A stretch of 64,000 bases of DNA from Patescibacteria group bacterium (lineage in GTDB: Bacteria > Patescibacteriota > Minisyncoccia > Minisyncoccales > PEYH01), in NCBI GenBank assembly GCA_018900835.1, contig JAHIFQ010000015.1, positions 50,301-114,300 on the forward strand. Direction: 5' to 3'. Under the pieces are notes generated by a model that saw nothing but the letters and a program-made list of their open reading frames with translations, made no database searches and was not told the origin of the DNA. A program made the position numbers and the translations under genes. Positions 57,501 to 64,000 of the stretch are shown piece after piece (positions within the stretch are counted from its first letter, which is position 1; the number at the start of each line of letters is the position of its first letter).

Positions 57501-57596
57501 AACAATTAAAAGAGGCCCTTTGTTATGCAAAACCGCGTCTTTCTGCTCTGGGTTCAATTGCTCAAGATATTTTGATTTTTTGTTTTCAAGAGGCAT
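54534..57596 (-). CDS. UvrD/PcrA-like SF1 helicase fused to C-terminal PD-(D/E)XK nuclease (AddA/AdnB-like)
   Basis: AGAGTGKT, DEFQD, ENYRS, TIHSAKGLE, EERRLFYVAMTRA; C-terminal KCP, GKIDR, IDYKTG, QLLIY, CQSCDF..C. Confidence 0.92.
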   Translation of the reverse strand: MPLENKKSKYLEQLNPEQKDAVLHNKGPLLIVAGAGTGKTTVITRCIANLIENKLAESQEILALSFTEKAAGEMEERVDRLLPFGYLDLWISTFHSFCERVLKEHGLDIGLPTNFKLLDQTGGWVLVRQNLDKFNLDYYRPLGNPSKFIHSLINHFAKCKDEAIFPEDYLQYADDIKRNFDDGIFGSRVMDKKEKKSQKEIEIEQQRISELANAYHIYQRLLLENNALDFGDLINYCLKLFKERPTILKKYRSQFKYILIDEFQDTNWAQYELIKILAKPKNNLTVCADDDQSVFRFMGASFNNVLQFKKDFPESKEIILVENYRSTQNILDLAYNFIQLNNPNRLEYQLNQDKEIAVEAKEKGIELSSFKKIDKKLRAKDDSAGLIEHLHFATLGREAEGVAKKITEIMRKDKETSFSDFVVLVRANDSATPFFKELERQRIPYEFLASKGLYSQPVILDIVSYFRLLDNYHESSALNRLLSLPLFEVGIEELVKINQFSKKKTQSTYETLQDLPLVSGISKNTVQKIGFLMDLIKKHSKLIREKSIGDVFLAFLNDSGYLKEMVKQESERDINLITQFYKKIKSFEESNPEPTLANFMMAMNMELESGEAGSLEMDIEKGPDAVKIMTIHSAKGLEFKFVFIINLVDRRFPTNERKEAIEIPCKLVKEIVPSGDVHLQEERRLFYVAMTRAKKGLFFTSADDYGGARKKKLSRFLEEINFKKPEEQTGEKVSLESGQVETKEKRRTKYNIPPHFSYSQFAAFDKCPLQYKFSHILKIPRIGTAFFSFGKTIHNTLRQFLGDYLENKEENQEGLFKNSAQPSAKKEIDFSEQFKKMIVFYERNWIDEWYEDKKQKQEYFKLGKDTLKDFLEKFLKEQPKILSLNSKPCLELDFFLKIKDNSIKGKIDRVDELPDGELEIIDYKTGKGKDKLTKDEKEQLLIYQLAGEQIFGKMPEYLSYYYLQNNEKITFQSNEREREKFKQEVLCKIEKIENSDFKAAPGWQCQSCDFKNICEFRKSG

Positions 57597-57700
57597 ATTA
57601 TTGCTCAATATTACCTCAATTTCCCTTATGTTTCAATCAAAAAAAGTAGCGCTGCAGACCGGATGTCTGACAGCGCCATAGCAACCTCTTGCGCAGGCCT

Positions 57701-57952
57701 TCATGAGGATTTTGCGAGGAGAATCGTCTCCACGAGATCAACAATCTTCTTGAGCGTGGTACATTCTTGAGCCTGCTCATCAGGGAGATAGATAGAGAGC
57801 TCATCTTCAATCTCCATGATGATTTCAACCGCATCCAATGAATCAGCGCCGAGATTTTCTCTCAAGTCGTCTGAATCTCCTGGCTCCTCTGTGAGATACA
57901 GTTGAGCCATAACGATTCCCACAACTTTTTTTCGGATATCTTCTCTGGTCAT
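57701..57952 (-). CDS. acpP: acyl carrier protein
   Basis: LGADSLDAVEIIMEIEDEL; perfect SD; own promoter TTGACA-17-TAGGGT. Confidence 0.9.
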   Translation of the reverse strand: MTREDIRKKVVGIVMAQLYLTEEPGDSDDLRENLGADSLDAVEIIMEIEDELSIYLPDEQAQECTTLKKIVDLVETILLAKSS

Positions 57953-58020
57953 CACTCACCTCCTTGGCCAATGGTCCTTGTTCTGTTTATACCCTAAAAC
58001 AATTTTGATAATCTGTCAAA

Positions 58021-59220
58021 TTAAATTCTTTTGCTTTTTATTTTATCCCTTATCCCCTCAAGCTTGGTTTCCAAAAAGAAAAGATTGTGTATTGTTAAAA
58101 GTTTTCCAGCCAACATCTCTTTTGCCCTGAAAAGGAAATTAATTTGGGCGATTGTATATTTTTGGCAAACAGGACATTCACAGTTCTTGTCAATTGGTTC
58201 AAACTTATTCTTCAGCTTTCCAGCATCAAGATTCAAATATCCTTTTGAAGTCATTGCTGTACCGTGCCTTGCAATTCTGGTTGGTAAGGCGCAATCAAAT
58301 AAATCAATTCCCAATTTGACAATTTCTTCCAAAACATCCAAGTCCCCTATGCCCAAAAGATGATGAGGTCTCTGCCAGTCAATGTCCTCATTGACCCATG
58401 ATATTGTTTTGTACATATCTTTTTTGCTTTTGCCCAATGCTCCGCCAATAGCAATTCCGAAAACAGGCAAATCATTTACAAATTTGGTTGATTGTTCGCG
58501 TAAGTCCTTAAAAACTCCGCCCTGAATAATACCAAAAATCTGTTGATTAGATTTATTGCCTCCCACGCCTGAGTTGGAAGCTGTTTTTAAAAACCTTTTA
58601 AACCATTGATGGCTTATTTCCATTTCTTTTTCCGCTTCTTTACGGCTATCCATTGGACTGCCACAAACATCTAAAAGATAAATAAAATCAGCCCCCAATT
58701 GCTTTTGAATTTTAAAAGAAAGTTCTGGCGTAAGCAAAATTTCCCTTCCATCTCTTGGGGATTTAAACCTTGCTCCTCTCTGGCTGATTTTCAAAAGATT
58801 TTTTCCTTTTTTGCGTAAAGCAGAATTTTCTTTCTGCCGAGAAACGATCTCGGCGGATTTTTCTTGAGGAAAAATAGAACCGATTTTCCCCAAACCAAAC
58901 TCGCTTCCTTTGCCTAAAGAAAAAACCTGAAAACCGCCGGAATCAGTAAAAATCGGTTTATCAAAATTAAAAAATTTGTGGAGCCCGCCAATCTGCTCAA
59001 CCTCGTTCGCCCTATCCAAGTCTAAAAAATGGAATGTATTAGTAATTTGGCATTGGGCTTTTGTTTGCTGTGTTTCCCCTGAACTCAAACCGCCTTTAAT
59101 CACGCCCAAAGTTGCCACTGGAATAAATGCTGGTGTTTTTATCTTGCCGTGGGGCGTAATAATCTCTCCAATCCGCGCCCTGCTCTTTTTTGATTTCTCC
59201 TGTATTTCAAATTTGAACAT
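58021..59220 (-). CDS. tgt: tRNA-guanine transglycosylase
   Basis: TPAFIPVAT, TDSGGFQVFSL, GIIQGG, AIGG, HLLGIG, FDCALP, CECPVC, HNL. Confidence 0.94.
   Translation of the reverse strand: MFKFEIQEKSKKSRARIGEIITPHGKIKTPAFIPVATLGVIKGGLSSGETQQTKAQCQITNTFHFLDLDRANEVEQIGGLHKFFNFDKPIFTDSGGFQVFSLGKGSEFGLGKIGSIFPQEKSAEIVSRQKENSALRKKGKNLLKISQRGARFKSPRDGREILLTPELSFKIQKQLGADFIYLLDVCGSPMDSRKEAEKEMEISHQWFKRFLKTASNSGVGGNKSNQQIFGIIQGGVFKDLREQSTKFVNDLPVFGIAIGGALGKSKKDMYKTISWVNEDIDWQRPHHLLGIGDLDVLEEIVKLGIDLFDCALPTRIARHGTAMTSKGYLNLDAGKLKNKFEPIDKNCECPVCQKYTIAQINFLFRAKEMLAGKLLTIHNLFFLETKLEGIRDKIKSKRI
58833..58857. repeat. palindrome family A in frame inside tgt (SAEIVSRQ)
   Basis: TCTGCCGAGA-AACGA-TCTCGGCGGA. 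Confidence 0.9.
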
Positions 59221-59266
59221 AGAACTATTGACAAATTAAATCTCATGATATAGGATAATAATATCA

Positions 59267-59444
59267 CAGCGGGAATCGATATGGGAGTTGCGGCGCTCGG
59301 AAGAACAGCGCTTGCGGGGTAGGCACTCGCTTAGCCGAATCTGGCAGGGGTTACGGCACCTCTTAAATAAAGCTGGCACACACAAGGAGCCAATGAGGCA
59401 CCACACCGAGTCGGAGAGTATCCGGCCAACACCCATACCCGCTG
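59267..59444 (+). ncRNA. candidate ~180-nt structured ncRNA (unknown family; 6S not excluded)
   Basis: Promoter TTGACA-17-TAGGAT (59228-59256), end pairing CAGCGGG/CCCGCTG, TATGGG/CCCATA and GTTG/CAAC, GC-rich, terminator 59449-59483. Confidence 0.65.
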
Positions 59445-59481
59445 CATCCGCGTCACCCTTTACAGGTTGGCGCGTTTTCTT

Positions 59482-59520
59482 TTATCTGAATTTCTTTTTT
59501 TCTAAATCTCTGACTTCTTT
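59482..59520. repeat. 39-bp direct repeat of the zincin gene 3' end (59730-59768)
   Basis: 38/39 identical. Confidence 0.85.
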
Positions 59521-59585
59521 CTTAAACATTTTTTAAATGTGGATAACTGTTATTGACAAAAAACTGATTAATGATAAGGTATAAA

Positions 59586-59646
59586 TAGTGCTTGTGGGCG
59601 TAAGCCCCGTTCAGCTAAGGTTTTCCTAAGCTGAAGGCAAGCACTA
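59586..59646 (+). ncRNA. candidate 61-nt three-way-junction ncRNA
   Basis: TAGTGCTTG/CAAGCACTA, GGGC-GTAA-GCCC, TTCAGCT/AGCTGAA; DnaA box plus TTGACA-16-TAAGGT upstream; terminator 59652-59676. Confidence 0.6.
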
Positions 59647-59729
59647 CGAAGAAGCTGATACACATCGGCTTTTTTGTTTTTTATTGATCCTCTATCCCCT
59701 TGTCCGCTAATTGTCTGCATAATATAAAA

Positions 59730-60107
59730 TTATTTGAATTTCTTTTTTTCTAAATCTCTGACTTCTTTTTCACTCATCCCGAAATGGTGGGCAATCTCGT
59801 GCCAAACAGTTCGCTTAACTTTTTCTTTTATTTCCTCTGGGGTTTTGGCAACTGTTTCAATACTACCCTGAAACAATGTAATCTTATCAGGCAAGACATT
59901 AGCGTAAAATGCTCCTCTTTTGGTTTGCGGAATACCCTGATACAAACCGAAAAGCAAACCGCCTGTTGGCACTCTCGCCTGCCTTAACTGCTCTGGAGAT
60001 GGCCAGTCCTCAACCAAAATATCCACATTTTTCATTTTGTCTCTGAATTTCTCTGGAATTTCCGCTATCCCCTGCCTCACTAATTCTTCAAAATCTTCCT
60101 GCCTCAT
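59730..60107 (-). CDS. zincin-like metallopeptidase (DUF1025 type)
   Basis: LFGLYQG, PDKITLF, HEIAHHFG. Confidence 0.9.
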   Translation of the reverse strand: MRQEDFEELVRQGIAEIPEKFRDKMKNVDILVEDWPSPEQLRQARVPTGGLLFGLYQGIPQTKRGAFYANVLPDKITLFQGSIETVAKTPEEIKEKVKRTVWHEIAHHFGMSEKEVRDLEKKKFK

Positions 60108-60230
60108 ATTTATTTTATATTTTACATCTCATCTCTCATATTTCTTCGGTAATTCTAACCCAAATCCTTCCAAAAAGCAAAAATAGAAATTAATTTCTAC
60201 ATAGTTCTGTCGTAGCCAACATCTAATAAA

Positions 60231-60289
60231 AAATATCCGTGGGCGCCTCGAAAGTGAGGGAGGATACCTCAAGGCGCCCACGGATATTT
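60231..60289. repeat. 18-bp perfect inverted repeat with internal hairpin
   Basis: AAATATCCGTGGGCGCCT ... AGGCGCCCACGGATATTT. Confidence 0.75.
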
Positions 60290-60324
60290 CTTTTATGTTC
60301 TATTGGTTAAACAATCAAATAAAC

Positions 60325-60442
60325 AAAAAACGCAAAGCCGAAGCTTGCGTCCAGAGACATTATCCCGGGAGTGATTTTATCAAATGACCTCCTCTTGCTT
60401 TTGTTTGTTGATAATAATGAAAAGTACTCCTTTGATTCGTAT
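60325..60442 (-). ncRNA. candidate small transcript (ncRNA or leader)
   Basis: DnaA box 60481-60489, TTGACT-16-TACAAT, stems GGAGT/ACTCC and TTATCAA/TTGATAA, cUUCGg terminator with T tract. Confidence 0.45.
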
Positions 60443-60577
60443 CATATATTGTATTGTATCTCCAAAACCAGTCAAGAAAGTTATCCACAACCATTCTGAA
60501 TTCTAATTTAAGTAAACAATCGCAAGAAAAACCCGGCCTCTTTTGAGTCCGGGTTTCATTGCTTTATAAAAAAATGC

Positions 60578-61369
60578 TCATTCTATCGTTTTATCAAAAA
60601 TATCCAAATAATCAATATTTTTGTCATCCAAAAGAAAGGGTTTTAATTTTTTCTTAAAATCCTTGATGTTTAATTTTACTTTTCTTTTATAAACATCAGT
60701 TAATTTTTCAAACAATTCTTTCTCTGTTTTAACTTTCATCTCAGAAAAAAGTTTTGGATGAGGTTTAACCCTATAAGACAGGAGCCAAGCAATATCGTAA
60801 AAATCTCTTGGCTGAATATCTTTTCTAGTGAGGGCGGCTCGAATCTTTTGAGATAAAAGAAAGCTTTTTGTGTTTGTAATAACAGGCCGAAGAAAGCCAA
60901 ATCTTTTTAAAATAACGACTTCCGTCTCTGGTCTGGTCTTTGGTGTAGTGTAATTAATTTTAACATTTAATTTTTCATTCTTATCGGTGGTAATTCCTAA
61001 ATCAAAAAGCAATTTGGGGAATTTAAAACTCCCAATTCCAGAATTATTTGTTTTCTTAAAATTGAATTCCGCTTCAAGATTCTCCTTTTTGAACTCCGAG
61101 GATATTTCCTTGAACAGCGACCTTATTTTCTCGTGAGAAAGACCTAAATTATCAAAATCTAAATCCTCGGAAAATCTATCTATATTCCTTAAAATTCTTA
61201 AACTAGTTTCTCCAATAAAAGAGAGCTTTTCCGATTTTGGCTGGTTATAGAGATGATAAATCGTCTTACATTGGAGATATTCTCTAATTAAAGCCCTTTT
61301 CTTTGTCTCGGGAACCTCTAAGCTTTTGCCTTCTTCTAAAATTGTTTGCCACAAAAATTCACTAATCAT
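60578..61369 (-). CDS. AbiEii-family nucleotidyltransferase (type IV TA toxin)
   Basis: FIGETSL...RFSEDLDF, KIRA, RDFYD. Confidence 0.88.
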   Translation of the reverse strand: MISEFLWQTILEEGKSLEVPETKKRALIREYLQCKTIYHLYNQPKSEKLSFIGETSLRILRNIDRFSEDLDFDNLGLSHEKIRSLFKEISSEFKKENLEAEFNFKKTNNSGIGSFKFPKLLFDLGITTDKNEKLNVKINYTTPKTRPETEVVILKRFGFLRPVITNTKSFLLSQKIRAALTRKDIQPRDFYDIAWLLSYRVKPHPKLFSEMKVKTEKELFEKLTDVYKRKVKLNIKDFKKKLKPFLLDDKNIDYLDIFDKTIE

Positions 61370-61995
61370 TTTTTATATTCTTTAAATAAGTTTTCCATAG
61401 ATAAATGGAATTTTTTGTTATTTGAAGAAACTAATTTTTGCCACTTCTTTAAATCGCTCCATTTGAAATCCTCGCCAATATCCAGACGCATTTCCTTAAA
61501 ACAATTCTTCGGATCAAAACCCTTTCCGAAGCTTCGTAGATATAAAAAATCAAATAGCGCTTTCTCCGGGACCGCTATCCTATAAGAGTATGGGGAATCA
61601 GCGTCTACCTTTCTATGACCAAAGAAAAGTTCTGGTTTGATATGACGATAAATAAATAAACCGTAGTTCTCCGTTTTGATTGTTAATGTTTTCTTAAGAG
61701 AGATAGAAGTGGTGGCAAAAGGAATATCTGGAATAATCCCATAATAATTTAAAGCGGTTTCGCAAGAGATATAAGAAGGAAAGAAAAAATCAGCCAAAAC
61801 TAAAACATCTTTTATCTGATAATCGCTAAATTTATAAATCCCTCTTTTCAATCTTTCCAGATGCCCTCTTTTTGTCCAGACGCTCAATTGGAAAATTATG
61901 GTTCTCCTATTTTCATTGGCGAACCATTTAAAAATATCATCTAATCTAAAAATAGGATAATCTTGTAATTTTTTCTTTAATTCAAAATAGGTCAT
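61366..61995 (-). CDS. AbiEi-family antitoxin / wHTH regulator
   Basis: LKRGIY, PSYISCETALNYYGIIPD, PEKALFD. Confidence 0.88.
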   Translation of the reverse strand: MTYFELKKKLQDYPIFRLDDIFKWFANENRRTIIFQLSVWTKRGHLERLKRGIYKFSDYQIKDVLVLADFFFPSYISCETALNYYGIIPDIPFATTSISLKKTLTIKTENYGLFIYRHIKPELFFGHRKVDADSPYSYRIAVPEKALFDFLYLRSFGKGFDPKNCFKEMRLDIGEDFKWSDLKKWQKLVSSNNKKFHLSMENLFKEYKK

Positions 61996-62054
61996 TTCTG
62001 AAAGTTATACTTTTTTATAACTAATAGAATTATATCTATTGTGTCAATATTAAA

Positions 62055-62714
62055 CTAATTTTGGCTCTTTTTCTCCCTGATTCTAACCAAAAAATCCCCA
62101 ATAACATCTTGGGCATAGACGATTTGACTTAACCAAGAGAGAAAAATCCCTGTGATAATCAATGAAAAGCCCAAATAAAGGGAAATCCCGTCAGCTCCTC
62201 TTAATTGCGAAATGGTTAATACTGTGAAACCGGATAAATAAAAAAGAAACTTGATTCTTCCCAAAATATTCGGCTCTGGAAGCTTCACTCTTCGGTCAAG
62301 CAAAATCCAGAGGCCGTAAATAACCAATAGTATCTCCGGCAAAACGATATGCAGTATTAAATTGGGAGCGATAATGCTTTTGGAAAATAAATACCACAAA
62401 ACCCCCACAGCTAAAACTTTATCAGCAACAGGGTCAAAAACTTTTCCAAAATTAGTAATCTGATTTCTTTTTCTAGCTAATGACCCATCTATTAAATCTC
62501 CCAAAAACCCGGCTATTATTAGAAAAAGAACTAGACCTGTTCCGACTATTTTGGGGAAATAAAGAAGCCATGAAAAAGAAAAACGAATAGCTGTGATATG
62601 GTTTGGCCTTAACCAATAAGGGACAAATCCCAAGAACTTTATTAAAAAATCATCCCTTATTCGGGTTTCCGCAATTGTCCATCGCTTTATTGTTGAAAAA
62701 CAATCATTAAACAT
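62055..62714 (-). CDS. CDP-alcohol phosphatidyltransferase
   Basis: PNHITAIR, DLIDGSLARKRNQITNFGKVFDPVADK. Confidence 0.92.
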   Translation of the reverse strand: MFNDCFSTIKRWTIAETRIRDDFLIKFLGFVPYWLRPNHITAIRFSFSWLLYFPKIVGTGLVLFLIIAGFLGDLIDGSLARKRNQITNFGKVFDPVADKVLAVGVLWYLFSKSIIAPNLILHIVLPEILLVIYGLWILLDRRVKLPEPNILGRIKFLFYLSGFTVLTISQLRGADGISLYLGFSLIITGIFLSWLSQIVYAQDVIGDFLVRIREKKSQN

Positions 62715-62767
62715 AGCAACCCTGATTTTTTCTTAAATCATTGGCCATTGTTGTCGCTTCCGACAAT

Positions 62768-63397
62768 TCAGGCATATTTATTATAATCCAAACTTTTTAA
62801 GATTGATTTTCTTAATTGGGCTATTTTATAGTCAGAAAGATTGAGTTCAGGCACTGCTCTCTGTAAAGAAACTATTTTTATCAATTCTTGGCCTAACTCC
62901 TGTAAATTATATTTTTTAATAATGCTTTTATATCTCTTCCAATCAATTATGCCAATGGATAGAAGCGAAAAAATATCAATCAAGTCCTTTTTGCCTTTAT
63001 TGCTGCCTTGCCGCGAGGAAAAAGCATAAAGTTTTAACACAAGTAACGCTTCCGGCATTGGCACTGAAAATCCTTCAACATTGTGCGAATAATTTGATAT
63101 TATGTCTTCAACGGGAATCGCTATTTCAGAAAAATGAGGAAGATAAATATCAATATCTATGTCTTCATTCTTTATCTCGTATTTTTTAAGCCGTTCGTTC
63201 TTAAAAATTTCAAACTTTCGTTTCAGCACCGCTAATTGGTCATAGTCAATAATAATATCAATGTCCTTTGATTTCAAATTTTTAGCATAAATAAAAATCG
63301 CCCAACCGCCAATGAGAATAAAATTAAATTTGCCCTTCAATTCTTGAAGAATCTTGAAACTCTTTTCGGTTATTAAATCGTGATAAAACTCAGGCAT
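62768..63397 (-). CDS. nucleotidyltransferase (AbiEii-like superfamily)
   Basis: FILIGGWA, SKDIDII, LKL..., KDLID. Confidence 0.75.
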   Translation of the reverse strand: MPEFYHDLITEKSFKILQELKGKFNFILIGGWAIFIYAKNLKSKDIDIIIDYDQLAVLKRKFEIFKNERLKKYEIKNEDIDIDIYLPHFSEIAIPVEDIISNYSHNVEGFSVPMPEALLVLKLYAFSSRQGSNKGKKDLIDIFSLLSIGIIDWKRYKSIIKKYNLQELGQELIKIVSLQRAVPELNLSDYKIAQLRKSILKSLDYNKYA

Positions 63398-63420
63398 AAT
63401 TTATATTTTTTACATTACAT

Positions 63421-64000
63421 TTATGAATGGAAGAGCTTTTGTTTTAAAGCATTTAAAAAATCTTTAGCATACCATTCCGGTAAATTCCACAAATCAACAA
63501 ATGTTTGGCAATCTGGCGTTATTTTGCCAAAATTCTCTTGCCATTCGTCAGATGATATGACTATAAGATTAGTTGTCCCTTTTTTGAATGGAAAGCGGGA
63601 TTTTATATCAGCCAATTTCTCTTTTTCAGAATAAACATAGACCTTATCATAATCAGCAGGAGCGTCTTTGTATTTTTTTAAATAAGCCGTAAAAGCGCCG
63701 AACATTATATGAGGAGGCATTTCGCCTTCTATGTTCTTTACATTCTTATCTATGTGGGTTTGATAAATAATATCCTTTTGTAGGTTGCGGAAAGTAGCCC
63801 ACAAATAAAGCCATTTTTCCACATCAACAACTTTAAATCCCCTGCCTCCTGTTTCAATACAACCAGAATTGCGAGGAACCTTTAAAGCATTAAAAACCGT
63901 ACTCAAGGAAAATTTATACTTTTGAGCTATTTGTTTTTGGGTAAATTCAAATCTCTTGTTTTCTATGGCTTGAGATAGAATTTCCCGCCAAATTATTTCC
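63421..64000 (-). CDS. wHTH protein, putative AbiEi-like partner (5'-truncated by window)
   Basis: Frame is open to the window end: EIIWREILSQA...FTQKQIAQKYKFSLSTV; C-terminal QTFVDLWN. Confidence 0.7.
   Translation of the reverse strand, partial: EIIWREILSQAIENKRFEFTQKQIAQKYKFSLSTVFNALKVPRNSGCIETGGRGFKVVDVEKWLYLWATFRNLQKDIIYQTHIDKNVKNIEGEMPPHIMFGAFTAYLKKYKDAPADYDKVYVYSEKEKLADIKSRFPFKKGTTNLIVISSDEWQENFGKITPDCQTFVDLWNLPEWYAKDFLNALKQKLFHS

Noticed and set aside
59236-59536. ORFs 59236-59436 (-) and 59288-59536 (+)
   Set aside because: No recognisable motifs; better explained as by-products of a GC-rich structured RNA.
59586-59646. Hammerhead ribozyme
   Set aside because: The three-way junction lacks the CUGANGA and GAAA core.

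Overview
This is a 64 kb AT-rich, gene-dense bacterial chromosome segment read in genetic code 11. Its content strongly suggests a Patescibacteria/CPR genome (Parcubacteria-like; inference): a fermentative glycolysis cluster with an archaeal-type ADP-forming acetate-CoA ligase, a short AspRS, an archaeal-type ValRS, a DUF87/VirD4-like ATPase and many secreted hypothetical proteins. Genes run mostly on + up to about 13.0 kb and almost all on - afterwards. They converge on a tyrosine recombinase gene flanked by dif-like sites, which probably marks the replication terminus. Housekeeping blocks include peptidoglycan genes (murG-ftsW-murD-murL-like, mraY, dac), aminoacyl-tRNA synthetases (gltX, aspS, valS, trpS), glycolysis and redox genes, ftsZ, an endonuclease Q-like gene, a UvrD-nuclease fusion and tgt. 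Three toxin-antitoxin-type pairs are present. The most unusual signals are non-coding or sub-genic. (1) A RAYT-type HUH transposase has a cognate palindrome that flanks it, sits inside its own ORF, and is translated in frame as SAEIVSRQ in both PpsA and Tgt; three further palindrome families occur, one in frame inside enolase. (2) A promoter-terminator unit holds two aberrant tRNA-like RNAs, one with a 124-nt structured anticodon-loop insertion. (3) Several orphan structured ncRNA candidates occur; three have a DnaA box 5-6 bp upstream of the -35, and one has five GGCA(C) motifs. No CRISPR array or rRNA gene was seen.
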